Origin: Mobula hypostoma
Lineage: Eukaryota
Direction of reading: 5' to 3'
Length of the DNA stretch: 64,000 nt
Assembly: GCF_963921235.1 (NCBI RefSeq)
Contig: NC_086108.1
Coordinates: 59,212,001 to 59,276,000 of the forward strand
In this document: in pieces, positions 1 through 11,003 of the stretch
Layout of the letters: each line of letters begins with the position of its first letter
Numbering within the stretch: position 1 is the stretch's first letter
Made by a program: the position numbers and the translations under genes
The notes under the pieces: model-generated
Databases searched by the model: none
What the model saw: only the letters and a program-made list of their open reading frames with translations
Told to the model about the DNA's origin: nothing

Positions 1-1300
1 CTCACAGCTCTCAGTCCACTTCCATTGTGTCCCTGTCTGTAATAGTGCATTTAGTGGGTGTAGGACTGTGGATAGGTTAGGCAAGAACTTGTGATAGTAG
101 TTCACTAGACCAAGATATGCTCTCAGCTGAGACACACTTTCAGGTGGTGGTGCCTTAAGCACCGCTTCTATCTTGTCTTGAGACATGTGTAGGTCATCCC
201 TGTTGATTGCATGCCCACAGTGTGAAATTTCCTTTTTGAAAAACTCATATTTTTGTCGATTAGCTCTGAGCCCATATTCTCATAACCTGGTGAGCATTTG
301 TTTAAGGTTAGAAAGATGTTCGTAGTCATCTTTGCTGGTGACAATGATGTCATCCAGGTAACACTGAGTCCCTGGAATCCCCTGCAGAACCTGGTCCATT
401 GCCCTTTGCCAGATTGCAGGTGCTGATGCTATCCCAAACACCAACCTGTTGTACTGGTAAAGTGCTTTGTGTGTATTTATTGTCGGGTATTTCTTGGATG
501 CTTCCTTGATTTCCATTTGGAGGTAAGCCTGGGTCAAATCAATTTTTGAAAAGTTCCTCTCCTGACAGGGAAGCAAAGATGTCCTCAATATGAGGTAGAG
601 GATACTGTACTGTGTGGAGCACTGGGTTGACAGTCACTTCAAAGTCACCACATATGCGCACCTTGCTTGGTTTTCCTGCTTTTGTGCTGGAGGTTTTCTT
701 CATTACTGGAACAATGGGCGTGGCCCATTCACCCTAATCCACCTTTGACAGGACCCCAGTCTGCTCCAGATTTTTCAGCTCTGCCTCTGCTGTTGGACGG
801 ATTGCATATGGCACTGGTCTGGCTTTGTGAAATTTTGGTCATGCATTTTCCACAATCTCAATCTTTGCCTTCATGCCCTGAAGTGTTCCTATTCTTTTCA
901 TGAACACTTCTTCAGAGTCAGCAAGTATTTGTGACAGACTCTCAGATGTAGCCTTGCTGCCCGCCTTTGCTGACACATCCAGTGCCTTGATGGTGTGCCA
1001 GTCCAACTGGATTTTCCTGAGCCATTCACATCCCAGCAACAGTGGTCCTCCATTTTTCAGTACATAGAGGTTCAGCTGCTGTGTTTTACCTCCGTAGGTC
1101 ACCGTCACATTAATTTTACCTTTGGGACGCACTTTCTGTCCTGTGTAAGTCTTTAGCAGTAGTTTGGTTCGTTTCCAAGGTATGTGAGAAAACAGTCGAT
1201 TGTAGTCATATAGAGATTACTGTTAAAGCTGAGCCTGTTTCCAACTTCATTTTCAGTCTCACGCCTGCCACTTGTGGAGTGATCCATATTACTCTTTGAT
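1..1300 (-). pseudogene. pol: Gypsy pol fragment (aspartic protease, reverse transcriptase, RT-RNase H connection), frameshifted
   Basis: LKMKLETGSALTVI (degenerate DTG), GPLLLGCEWL, YLDD, then LRAYLGLVNYYHKFLPNLSTVLHPLNALL towards base 1. Confidence 0.88.
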
Positions 1301-1384
1301 CATCTGTGTCTTTTATGCTGTGAAACTGCAGACAAAACAATTTACTTTTGTCTGAGTCATTTTCATCAGCATTGTTTTCTTTCA

Positions 1385-2132
1385 TTTTGTGTACATTGCT
1401 GTATTTTCCTTTCTGGGGTTTCTTGTTTCTCTGTACTTTGCCCTTTTTCTGCTGTTTACTAGCCTTGCATACTCTGCCAATGTGGCCCTGTTAGCCACAG
1501 TTTCTGCATTCTTTATCTTTAAACCAACAATCATCAGGGTCATGTGACCTGTTCCCACAACGTTAACATTTCTTTCTTTCATTTCTGTTCAGTGACATTT
1601 TATTCGTAGCATATTCCAGAGATTTTTGTTGTATCGCTGAAGCACCTCGTGTGGCTGTTTCTAATGATACTGAGGTGTTTAGCGCTTTCTCGAATGTAAG
1701 GTCTTTTTCACACAGGAGCTTCTTCTGTGTGGTTTCACAGTGCATGCCACACACTAACCTGTCCCTCAATGCGTCTGATAGACCAGCTCCAAACTGACAA
1801 TATTCTGATAATTTGCACAGTTCAGCACAATATTCAGAAATGCTTTCATTTTTGCTCTGATTCCGTTTTTGGAATTTAAATCTTTCAGCAATGACCAGCA
1901 GTTTGGGGTTTAAATGCTGTTGGAGATTGTCTACTATTTCCTTATACGTTTTGTCAGCTGACTTTTCAGGGGTTAACAAGCTCCGTAGCAGGCCATATGT
2001 TTTCGCGCCCATTACACTGGCTGGCTTTCTTTTCTTCATTATAATATAACTATTCTTTCAATATAAATTGGCCAGTCTTCAATGCCACTATCAAATGCTG
2101 TAATGATGTAATGGCCCTGTAATTAACGCCAT
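1385..2132 (-). pseudogene. gag: Gypsy gag with two CCHC-type zinc knuckles, disrupted
   Basis: ATG at 2132, FDSGIEDWPIYIER N-terminal motif, ORF 1563-2039, then C..CGNRSHDPDDC and CRNCG*QGHIGRVC knuckles with stops. Confidence 0.85.
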
Positions 2133-2437
2133 CCTTGTTGTGTTAATTTAGCCTCGGTCCCTTGTTTTCTTTTTGACTCATGTGACCTTTTTTTTGCTAG
2201 CGTCGCGAGCGTACTCTGGCTAGATGCGTGTGTCGCTCCTTTTTTTTTAATCTCCCTTCTGGGCAGGCAGACCCTCAGCCCCTGGGGTCAATGCCGGCTG
2301 TGGTCTCTGATTCCTTTTGGACTCTCGTCTTCACCCTGCCATGGCCCCTCCTGCTTCTTGGCTCTTCTTCCGAGTGCCGTTATCAAGTAAACGCGGCGTT
2401 CCGATACGATGTAGTTTCATTAACCTCATCGTCCATT

Positions 2438-2593
2438 TGTTGTGTATGTGGCCGTTTACATAACAATATCATTAATAAAAACGCTGGAGTTACGTTAACA
2501 GGGTTCTTTACTAACTGAAACCGAACTGAACACACACGTACAGATCAATACGTGCCTAATAGCGCATGCTCAATACCATGTATTACTACAACA
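2438..2593 (-). repeat. 5' LTR (156 bp) of the Gypsy element, with adjacent putative primer-binding site
   Basis: Ends are TGTTGT...ACAACA (inverted termini). On the minus strand it is followed by AA-TGGACGATGAGG, a TGG-initiated PBS-like sequence, then the gag leader. Confidence 0.75.
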
Positions 2594-2739
2594 TAAAGTA
2601 GTCCTATATTCCAATAAATTTAGTTTAATGTAAATTATAACTGTTGTTTGGACAAGTCTCAAGAGGGACTGCAACTCTGTAAATAGCTAACTCACTGGTA
2701 GCAGCAGCACAAAGGCCTGAATAAACTGGTAAGGAAAAT

Positions 2740-3385
2740 GACATCTATAAATTTACCGACAACACAACTATTGTTGGCAGAATATCAAATGGTGACAAGG
2801 AGGCGTACAGGAGCAAGATAGCAACAAGCTTGCACTCAAATATCAGTAAGACCAAGGAATTGATTATGGACTTCAGGAAGTCGAGGGAACACACATGAGT
2901 CCTCATCATGGGATTAGCAGTGGAAAGGATGAGAAGGTTCCTAGGTGTCTGAAGATATATCCTGAGCCCATGTAAATGCAGTTACAAAGAAGGCAAGACA
3001 GCAGCTACATTCATTAGGAGACTGAGGAGAATTGGTATGTCAGGAAAGATATTTGCTAATTTCTAAAGACTTATCATCAACAGCATTCTAACTGGTGGCA
3101 TCACTATCTGGTATAGAGGGGCACAGGAAAAAGCTGTAGAAAGCTGTTAACGCAACCTGCTCCACCATGGACACTAGCCTCCCCAGCATCCAGGGCACCT
3201 TCAGAAGGTGATGCCTTAAAAAATTGGCATCTATCATTAAGGATCCCCATCACCCAGGATGTGCCCTCTTTTCATTACTACCATCAAGGGGGAGATACAG
3301 AAACCTGAAGGCTTCAGGAACTCAATGCTTCAGGAACTGCTCGTTCCCCTCTGCCATCAGATTTCTGAGGTATTTTTTCCCTCTC
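2740..3385 (+). mobile_element. Rex1/Babar-type LINE, 3' RT fragment
   Basis: Degenerate IYKF(A)D(D)TTIVGRIS, ISKTKELIMDFRK and KKARQQL.FIRRLRR, plus the C-terminal LLPSRGRYRNLK also seen in other copies in the window. Confidence 0.8.
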
Positions 3386-3387
3386 AT

Positions 3388-4560
3388 TTGGCACTAAGTG
3401 GGCTGCCAACTCGGCCATGGACCAGGCAGTGAACTGCCTGCAGTTGAGACACATTATTGCCAACCCATGCCTGGGATGGCAAGGCCTCGACTCTGTACAC
3501 TTCCAATGGTGGGGGACAGCAAGTGCAAGAGTAGGTGGGACATGGTCCAGGCAGAGGTACGGAACTGTGAAGACGAAAGGCGATTATTGAAGGCAGTGGA
3601 TTTGGGGGTCTCAGGGCACCTGGACAAAACTGAATCTTTCCAAGCGCAGGATCACTTGGGCAGAGCTTTGGAGACTGGAGCCCTTCCACATTTCTTTCCT
3701 TCTTCGACTCTCCCTACTCCATCACAGCTGCACAGGTGGGGTCTGAGAGATGATCCTAACTGCAAGCTTTGTGGTCAGTAGGGCGCACTGGCACACATAC
3801 TGTCAGGATGCAGAACAGATTGAACACAGGGATCGTGTAGGTGGCACCACAGTAAAGTCCTGCTGTCCCTTGCTGACACATTGAAGTAGGAGAGGTGTAA
3901 AAAGAGAATAGCTGGAAGCGAGGCAAACAGGGCAGTCATTTTTATCAAGGATAGGGCCACGCCAATTATATCAAAGAGGCCTAAATCCAATCTGCTGTAA
4001 ACTGCCAAATCATGGGAGATGAGGGTCAATGTGGGGAGGAAGCTGCGGTTCCCAGAGGTGGTACAAACCACACTTTGACCAGACATCATACTGTGGTCCA
4101 CCGAAGAGAAGAAAATCATCCTGTTGGAGCTCACAGTACCACAGGAGGAATGATGTGAGGAGGCTCAGGAGAGGAAGTCCCCGAAGTACCAGTCCTTAGT
4201 CCCGGAGTGCAAGGACAAAGGATGTCAGACGTGGCTATTCCCCATAGTGATTGGCTGTAGAGGGTTCCCGGCAAGGCCAGCATGGAGGTTTGCTGTCTAC
4301 GCTGGGTCTTGATGAAAAGAGCAAGAGCCAAGCAGCTCCCAGGATGGGGGAGGAAGCAGAAAGAACCTCTTGCTGGATATGGAGCAGGTGAGAGGAGTTG
4401 AGCTGGAAGTCAGGAGCAGATGGACAGTGACTTGGCCACATCTACGGACCTGCCTTCTGGAGAGTGCAGTGGTTAAGGGTAGAAACCACCTATGAAGTTT
4501 CGGCACCACCTGACGACATCGGCTCCTGTCCAAAGGCCACAGTTACCTCATCCGGTACCT
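3388..4560 (+). mobile_element. Hero/NeSL-type (R2 superfamily) non-LTR retrotransposon, 3' half with CCHC knuckle and restriction-like endonuclease
   Basis: LPTPSQLHRWGLRDDPNCKLCGQ*GALAHILSGC (CCHC), RWHHSKVL (RH motif), PDIILWS..KKIILLELTVP.EE (PD-(D/E) RLE), ERKSPKY and FPIVIGCRGF, with multiple stops. Confidence 0.85.
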
Positions 4561-4642
4561 TGGTATATGACGCGTTTAATTTATTTTTTTATATATACTG
4601 CTTATTGTAATTTATAGTTTTTATTATGATGTATTGCAATGT

Positions 4643-5204
4643 GGGCTGTATGGGGTGTCAGGGAGGGGTAGCACCTCTGGTGGGGGAACATGTCGTGTCC
4701 TTTTCAAGGCAGTTAGTCCACCTTTGGTCCCCACCTGGCACTCAGTTCTCACCTGTGGTTCCCCGTAGCTGTTTGCATGCAACAGCAGTCACACCCCGGG
4801 CAACGGCTTCGACAAGCCGGCTAAACCAGGTGAGGGTAGCCGACGGGTCTCAAACCCTCAGTGAGATAGGGAGTTGTCTATCCCAGCATGTGAAGACAGA
4901 CTCCGGCGGATTGAGCAGACGAGACCTATGGAAGATCGAACGGTCAAGAAGGCGGTCTCTGCAAGCGTCGTGGAACGTGTAGAGCAGGACAAGACACAGA
5001 AGACGTCCTGGTCATCCACTGCACCTAGTCCCATCTCCAGCTGTCTCAACTCTGTCTTGCCTCTGGATCCAGATGGGAATTGGGAAGAGAGAGTGAGGCT
5101 GACACTGTGCAACTCTCCCTCACTTAAATCCAAATCACGTGCTAGTCTCGACACCACCATAATGGTGTCGAGGTCCTCATCGACGTCAATGATGGACAAA
5201 CACC
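4643..5204 (+). mobile_element. 562-bp non-autonomous retroposon (probably RTE-derived) with 10-bp TSD
   Basis: Direct repeat ATTGCAATGT at 4633-4642 and 5205-5214. GC-rich body with no recognisable protein domain and an HDV-like fold at the 5' end. RTE affinity is an inference. Confidence 0.7.
4652..4834 (+). ncRNA. Candidate HDV-like self-cleaving ribozyme
   Basis: P1 GGGGTGT 4652-58 / ACACCCC 4791-97. P2 CTCACCTG 4748-55 / CAGGTGAG 4827-34. P3 GGT 4757-59 / GTC 4788-90 (two wobbles). L3 TCC pairs with GG 4798-99. P4 CGGCT/AGCCG. J4/2 GCTAA. Confidence 0.65.
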
Positions 5205-6744
5205 ATTGCAATGTATAGTACTGCCGCTGCAAAACAACAAATTTCATGACATATGCCAGTGATATTAAACATGATTTTGATTCCGAATTAGGATGACAAG
5301 TGGTCAACCTTAGGGTGCGGAGATTAAGGCAAGTCTTTATTGATAAGGGATGGGTGGGTAAACTGGAAGGCTGTTGGCAGCTAGTTGAATTGTATCCAAA
5401 AGGGGACTGGTTTAAGAGGAAGGAGGTTCAGGATTACACGTACATCATAACAGATCCACAAACTAATCTGAATTTTTAATCTTAAGATGTATTGTTTCTT
5501 GCTGGTTTTGCACTCGCTTCTTGATAGCTTTGGTATTCTTCTGCTTGCAGGAAACAGTACTACCTGGGATCACATATAAAAACCTAATCGAAGTCTTCTC
5601 TGGCTTGGAGCAGTTGTGCAAATCAGGGAAGGGAACCAAAGGATAATTCCCTTTTTAATTGCTCGCTTGTCCTTTATTTTAAAATGTCTTCCCAAGTGTT
5701 TATGTTCAATGACAGTCAGAAGAACAGAGACAATGCTCCTGGTTAATGACACTGCGTAATGGGGTATGGTGGCATCATTACCGATTGTTGGAATCACACA
5801 ATAAAGAACTAAGAAGCTTATTCTGAGAACTAGCCTAGTGTTGGTTTTGGAATCAGTCATTGTAACAAGAATTTTATCACATTAATTTCGGTTTTTATGA
5901 AAAGCAGTCATGGAAACAGATTGCTTCTTCAAGCCATCATTCTTATTCAACTGGTGCTCTTTATCTTCTCTACGCAGATATACAAATGACTGCCACTGTA
6001 ATCCAGTCTAAAGCAACACAGGAACTGCAGAAAAATCAGTGTCATTGATTTTGACATTTAGACTGACCAGGAATAGCCTTTTCCCATCTTTTGCAATATT
6101 AAACCATTTACTGCAGAATTTTTAATCCCCAGATATTTATTAAAACCTGAATCTCTGCAGCCTTGCAATCCCCAGTGTGCTGCACACCTTTCTCACCTAT
6201 GCTTTTGCAAAGCAACTAGAAGCAGATTTATATTGATCGGTCTTCATTTCAAGAAACTTTGCAACGTTCTTTAACAATTGTTACTCAGAGTGATCTTAGT
6301 ATTTTCTTGTATCAATTTTTATATCCGTGGTTCCTCTTTACTCTAATATCCTTTACTCCGTCCAAATTTTACTCAAATTCTTATTAAGTCAATAAAGAAA
6401 ACTAAATGCTCCAGATAAATCAGAGTAATTATATGAAGAGAAACACTACTATCAATCTATGCCTTTTTTGACTTGCCATTAGTTTTTTTCATTGTGCAGA
6501 CTTAGCATCCAATCTGTACAGTCTTCTATAGCCGCAGGCCACTAATTCATCTAAACATTTGTATGCCATACCACATTCCACATGATTTTATCACAGCTAT
6601 ACCTGATTTCTCTTCATTTGACAACGTTCACCAAGTAATTCTAATTAGTGTCAACATAGAACAGTTAGCAAGGAGCCTCCTCAATACTGGCGTACTGAAG
6701 CGTACCAGGGTCACCTGCGGCTGACACAAACTATTTTAGATATA

Positions 6745-7320
6745 AGCCCTACTCCAAATAGTTAAGCACAAAAGTCTAGGTTGGCACTTTGGTGCAGAAC
6801 TGAAGATGTGTTGCATTAATCCATTGTCAAGTTCCAAGATAAGTGGGCAGTCATTTAAAGCGGAGATGTATGGGGATTTCTTCCTGCCTATCAAGGAAGG
6901 AATCAGTGGGTCATCTGTTTTCAATGTCAAGATTCCATCTGAAATACTTGTATTTTTCAGAAGTCAAATGAACAAAGCTCCTGGTTAATGGCATCAATAC
7001 TGACTGTTGGAATCACAATAGCTCTAACAATTTCAGGTATTCTCTAACTTAGTGGGCTGTGGACTGGAGGCATTTAAAGAGGTGGAGAAATATTTGAAAA
7101 ATAGGGAAATTGAGGGAATAGGGAATTGCTGACAACAAAGAAGAAGAATTGAGCTCTGGAGTAGATCAGCCAAGATCATATTGAATGGCAGGATGGGACC
7201 TAGTTCTGCTCCTACTTTCTTGCGTCCTTATGTGTTCACCAGCTCTCTCAAATGGGTGCAAAAGATCCTATGAAAAATTTTGAGAGGAGCTGAGAAGGAT
7301 CCTAGCCATTTTTTCCCATA
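6745..7320 (+). mobile_element. Ancient DeuSINE-like (SacSINE/AmnSINE-type) relic, interrupted by other repeats
   Basis: aagccctactccaaatagttaagcacaaaagtctaggttggcactttggtgcagaactga (6745-6805) and ctctctcaaatgggtgcaaaagatcctatg (7243-7272) resemble consecutive parts of the DeuSINE consensus as I recall it. Not aligned. Confidence 0.45.
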
Positions 7321-7321
7321 G

Positions 7322-7815
7322 TCAGAGAGCACTACAGGTCAGAAACAGGTCCTTAGGCCTATCTAGTCTGTGCAGAACTGTTATTTTGCCTAGTCCCAAC
7401 TGGACCATCACCTCCCATACACTTCCCACACACTTCCCACCAATGTACTTATCCAAACTTCTCTTAAATGTTGCAAATGGACCTGCATCCACCACTTCCG
7501 TTGGCAGCTCATACCATACTCGCACCAACCTCTGAGTGAAGAAGTTTCTCCTCAGGTTTCTGTTAAGTATTTCACCTTTCACTCTTTACCAATGACCTCT
7601 AGTTCTAGCTTCAGCCAACCTCAGTGGAAAAGCCTGCTTGCATTTACCCTACCTCTACCCCTCATAATTTTGTATATCACAATCAAACCTCCCCTGATTC
7701 ACATATGCTCTAGGTAATAAAATCCTAACCTACTCAAACTATCCCTATAATTCAGGTCCTCAAATCCCGGCAATATCTTTGTAAATTTTCTCTGTACTCT
7801 TTCAATCTCAGCTGA
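7322..7815 (-). mobile_element. CR1 LINE 3' end
   Basis: LRRNFFTQRLVRVWYELPTEVVDAG..FKRSLDKY is the CR1 ORF2 C-terminus, followed by the CR1 3' UTR. Confidence 0.88.
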
Positions 7816-8212
7816 CATTCTTCAAAGAAATGGAGTCCGTGATTATTATTGATTTCCTGTAGAGTGTTTTGGGATGTTCTGAAAGGATTGTTAGCAATGC
7901 TACATAAATAGAAAACGATAGTGATTAAGTGTGGTATTCAGGGGAGTAGATCTGGAATCAAGAGCCCAAATCATGAAATCAGGAGGGGAATTTAACCACA
8001 TAAAACCAGAATAAAAATGCCAGCCTCAGAAATAGTAATCATGAAACTTCCAGATCCCTGTTCAAGCCTAAGAGAGAAATTTTTTGTCCTTATTCTACTG
8101 TTTACGTGGAGGTGTGGCCTTAAAAACTGAGAGCTTCATATGGTATGTTCTAAATACATTGTTGTACCAGTTTGAGCGTGGCTGCTTTTAAAAAGGATAT
8201 TCTGCAGTTCCA

Positions 8213-8320
8213 CAAACAAGAGAAAATCTGCAGATGCTGGAAATCTAAGCAACACACACAAAATGCTGAGGAACTCAGCAGACCAGGCTATGGAAAAGAG
8301 TTAACAGTCGATGTTTCAGT
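8213..8320 (-). mobile_element. Penelope-like element terminal fragment
   Basis: caaacaagagaaaatctgcagatgctggaaatctaagcaacacacacaaaatgctgaggaactcagca..gtcgatgtttcag is homologous to the PLE ends at 9275, 11103 and 56379. Confidence 0.75.
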
Positions 8321-8353
8321 CTGTAGTTTGCTCTGTCTAGTCTGAGTGCCAGT

Positions 8354-8414
8354 ATTGGCAGCAAAACCAAAGAAGCCCACATTGGCAGCAAAACCAAAGA
8401 AGCCCACATTGGCA
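8354..8414 (+). repeat. 27-bp tandem duplication (2.3 copies)
   Basis: ATTGGCAGCAAAACCAAAGAAGCCCAC twice, then ATTGGCA. Confidence 0.95.
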
Positions 8415-8759
8415 ATGGGAATGCTGTGGGACTGTATGTGAACAAGACATAGAGCAGGGAAACTAGGGAAGCATGTTTAGCAAGTAAAACCATATATATG
8501 GTAAGGATGGCAGAAAATAGGCAGAATAAATCTATTGGAAAGTTCAAGAAGTATGACCAGACTCAGCCATTACACTGAAAATGGACACAAAATAAACATC
8601 ATTGTATGGGAAAGACAAGGAAGAGGACACCAATACACACAAGGAGATGGGGGACAATACTGTAATTGGTGTTATGGCCAGACATATGAAACATTGGTAA
8701 ATCTAACTGTACCATTAACAACCACCAAACTATTATATGCAGAAGCAAAATGAGTGCAA

Positions 8760-9140
8760 AATACAGAGGCCTATGATTGTAAGGAATGTAGGGGAAAGAG
8801 CACAGAGACCAGATTCCTGGTGAAACAAAGAGCAGATCAATATATCAGTGACGATTTGTGTACAGGAATTTCAGCAAGTGGTCACACCTTAGCTCAAGAG
8901 AGTATAGGTAAAGAAGAAATGGATGAAAGCCAGAAAGACAAAATAAACAGGGGCATCTTGTCCTCTAACTAGTATTCTGTTCTGAGTTCTGACAGGGCAG
9001 TGGTTTGCCCTGGGCAGAGCAGTTGCAGCCAACTTTGTGGCACTACGGATAGTTTGGCTATAGAGGAAAGGAGGAGGAACCAAGTGAAGCAGTGATTATT
9101 GTGGATTCATTAGTAAACAAAATAGACAGGTGTTTTGGCA
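8760..9140 (+). pseudogene. Old CR1 ORF1 (esterase-type) relic
   Basis: Degenerate match to the ORF1s at 23828 and 60292 (..LSSN*YSVLSS..AVIIVDSLVNKIDRCF). Confidence 0.5.
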
Positions 9141-9333
9141 ATATTAGTGAAGTAAATTTAATGAACTGAATTATTGAATTTATTAAATATTACATCAGTC
9201 CCACAAGGAGAGTATGTAAAAATCCTTGTGTTATTACTCCAATGCAATGTACAAACATGTGAATTTATAAGTTTCACACATCAAAGTTGCTGGTGAACGC
9301 AGCAGGCCAGGCAGCATCTCCAGGAAGAGGTGC

Positions 9334-9369
9334 AGTCAATGTTTCAGGCCGAGACCCTTCGTCAGGACT
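9334..9369 (-). ncRNA. Minimal type I hammerhead ribozyme of PLE (decayed cleavage site)
   Basis: Minus strand AGTC-CTGACGA-AGG GTCTCGG CCT-GAAAC-ATT-GACT. GTC has become ATT, consistent with CpG decay. Confidence 0.7.
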
Positions 9370-9663
9370 AACTGAAGGAAGAGTGAGTAAGAGATTTGAA
9401 AGTTGGAGGGGGAGGGGGAGATCCAAAATGATAGGAGAAGACAGGAGGGGGAGGGATGGAGCCAAGAGCTGGACAGGTGATTGGCAAAAGGGATACGAGA
9501 GGATCATGGGACAGGAGGTCCGGGAAGAAAGACAAGTGGGGGGGGAACCCAGAGGTTGGGCAAGGGGTGTATTCAGAGGGACAGAGGGAGAAAAAGGAGA
9601 GTGAGAGAAAGAATGTGTGTATAAAAATAAATAACAGATGGGGTACGAGGGGCAGGTGGGGCA

Positions 9664-10142
9664 TTAGCGGAAATTAGAGAAGTCGATGTTCATGCCATCA
9701 GGTTGGAGGCTACCCAGATGGAATATAAGGTGTTGTTCCTCCAACCTGAGTGTGGCTTCATCTTTACAGTAGAGGAGGCCGTGGATAGACATGTCAGAAT
9801 GGGAATGGGATGTGGAATTAAAATGTGTGGCCACTGAGAGATCCTGCTTTCTCTGGCGGACAGAGCGTAGATGTTCAGCAAAGCGGTCTCCCAGTCTGCG
9901 TTGGGTCTCACCAATATATAAAAGGCCACATCGGAAGCACCGCATGCAGTATATCACCCCAGCCGACTCACAGGTGAAGTGTCGCCTCACCTGGAAGGAC
10001 TGTTTGGGGCCCTGAATGGTGGTAAGGGAGGAAGTGTAAGGGCATGTGTAGCACTTGTTCCGCTTACACGGATAAGTGCCAGGAGAGAGATCAGTGGGGA
10101 GGGATGGGGGAGATGAATGGACAAGGGAGTCGCGTAGGGAGC
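9664..10142 (-). pseudogene. PLE Cys-rich linker plus GIY-YIG endonuclease domain (left arm)
   Basis: CKRNKCYTC linker, VIYCMRCFRCGLLYIGETQRRLGDRFAEH, VATHFN..H, RLEEQHLIFHLGSLQPDGMN. Confidence 0.9.
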
Positions 10143-10670
10143 CCACAACTAAGCACATCTTTCCCTCCCCCCCCCGCTTTCCGCAGCGATTGCTCCCTAC
10201 GCGACTCCCTTGTCCATTCGTCCCCCCAATCCCTCCCCACTGATCTCCCTCCTGGCACTTATCCGTGTAAGCGGAACAAGTGCTACACATGCCCTTACAC
10301 TTCCTCCCTTACCACCATTCAGGGCCCCAAACAGTCCTTCCAGGTGAGGCGACACTTCACCTGTGAGTCGGCTGGGGTGATATACTGCATGCGGTGCTCC
10401 CGATGTGGCCTTTTATATATTGGCGAGACCCGACGCAGACTGGGAGACCACTTTGCTGAACACCTACGCTCTGTCCGCCAGAGAAAGCAGGATCTTCCAG
10501 TGGCCACACATTTTAATTCCACATCCCATTCCCATTCTGACATGTCTATCCACCGCCTCCTCTACTGTAAAGATGAAGTCACACTCAGGTTGGAGGAACA
10601 ACACCTTATATTCCTTCTGGGTAGTCTCCAACCTGATGGCATGAACATTGACTTCTCTAACTTCCGCTAA
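10143..10670 (+). pseudogene. PLE Cys-rich linker plus GIY-YIG endonuclease domain (right arm)
   Basis: Same motifs as the left arm (VIYCMRCSRCGLLYIGETRRRLGDHFAEH), stop at 10670. Confidence 0.9.
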
Positions 10671-10967
10671 TGCCCCACCTCCCCCTCGTACCCCGTCTGT
10701 TACTTATTTTTATACACACATTCTTTCTCTCACTCTCCTTTTTCTCCCTCTGTCCCTCTGAATACACCCCTTGCCCAACCCCTGGGTTCCCCCCGCCCCA
10801 CTTGTCTTTCTTCCCGGACCTCCTGTCCCATGATCCTCTCGTATCCCTTTTGCCAATCACCTGTCCAGCTCTTGGCTCCATCCCTCCCCCTCCTGTCTTC
10901 TCCTATCATTTTGGATCTCCCCCTCCCCCTCCCACTTTCAAATCTCTTACTAACTCTTCCTTCAGTT

Positions 10968-11003
10968 AGTCCTGACGAAGGGTCTCGGCCTAAAACGTCG
11001 ACT
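10968..11003 (+). ncRNA. Minimal type I hammerhead ribozyme of PLE (GAAA changed to AAAA)
   Basis: AGTC-CTGACGA-AGG GTCTCGG CCT-AAAAC-GTC-GACT. Confidence 0.7.

Larger units (their letters stand above)
1..2593 (-). mobile_element. Ty3/Gypsy LTR retrotransposon (Mag-like), decayed; 5' LTR, gag, protease and RT, running off the left edge
   Basis: Minus-strand ORFs give gag (IAERFKFQKRNQ..ESISEY..LRDRLVCG), protease-region and RT text (FSKIDLTQAYLQM, YQYNRLVFGIASAPAIWQRAMD, YLDDIIV). A TG..CA-bounded LTR lies upstream. Confidence 0.93.
4575..5290 (+). mobile_element. Rex1/Babar 3' UTR tail, split by the 4643-5204 insertion
   Basis: tattgcaatgt..actgccgctgcaaaacaacaaatttcatgacatatgccagtgatattaaac..gattttgattc matches the tails at 12460-12540 and 22960-23040. 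Confidence 0.75.

Noticed and set aside
4465..4525. GAAAC and CTGACGA hammerhead core words in the Hero-type 3' UTR
   Set aside because: I could not build stems I-III around them, and GAAAC sits in a simple GTGGTT/AACCAC hairpin.
4626..5307. Overlapping 114-149 aa ORFs in the 562-bp element
   Set aside because: They have no domain motifs, cross the element boundaries and are expected in GC-rich sequence.
8354..8414. 27-bp direct repeats as a CRISPR-like array
   Set aside because: The copies are adjacent with no spacers, and the context is eukaryotic.
9274..9677. Recurrent short ORFs in PLE 3' UTRs (MEPRAGQV.., MPHLPLVP.., ..PDEGSRPETST..)
   Set aside because: They recur only because the repeat recurs. 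PDEGSRPET is the translated hammerhead.
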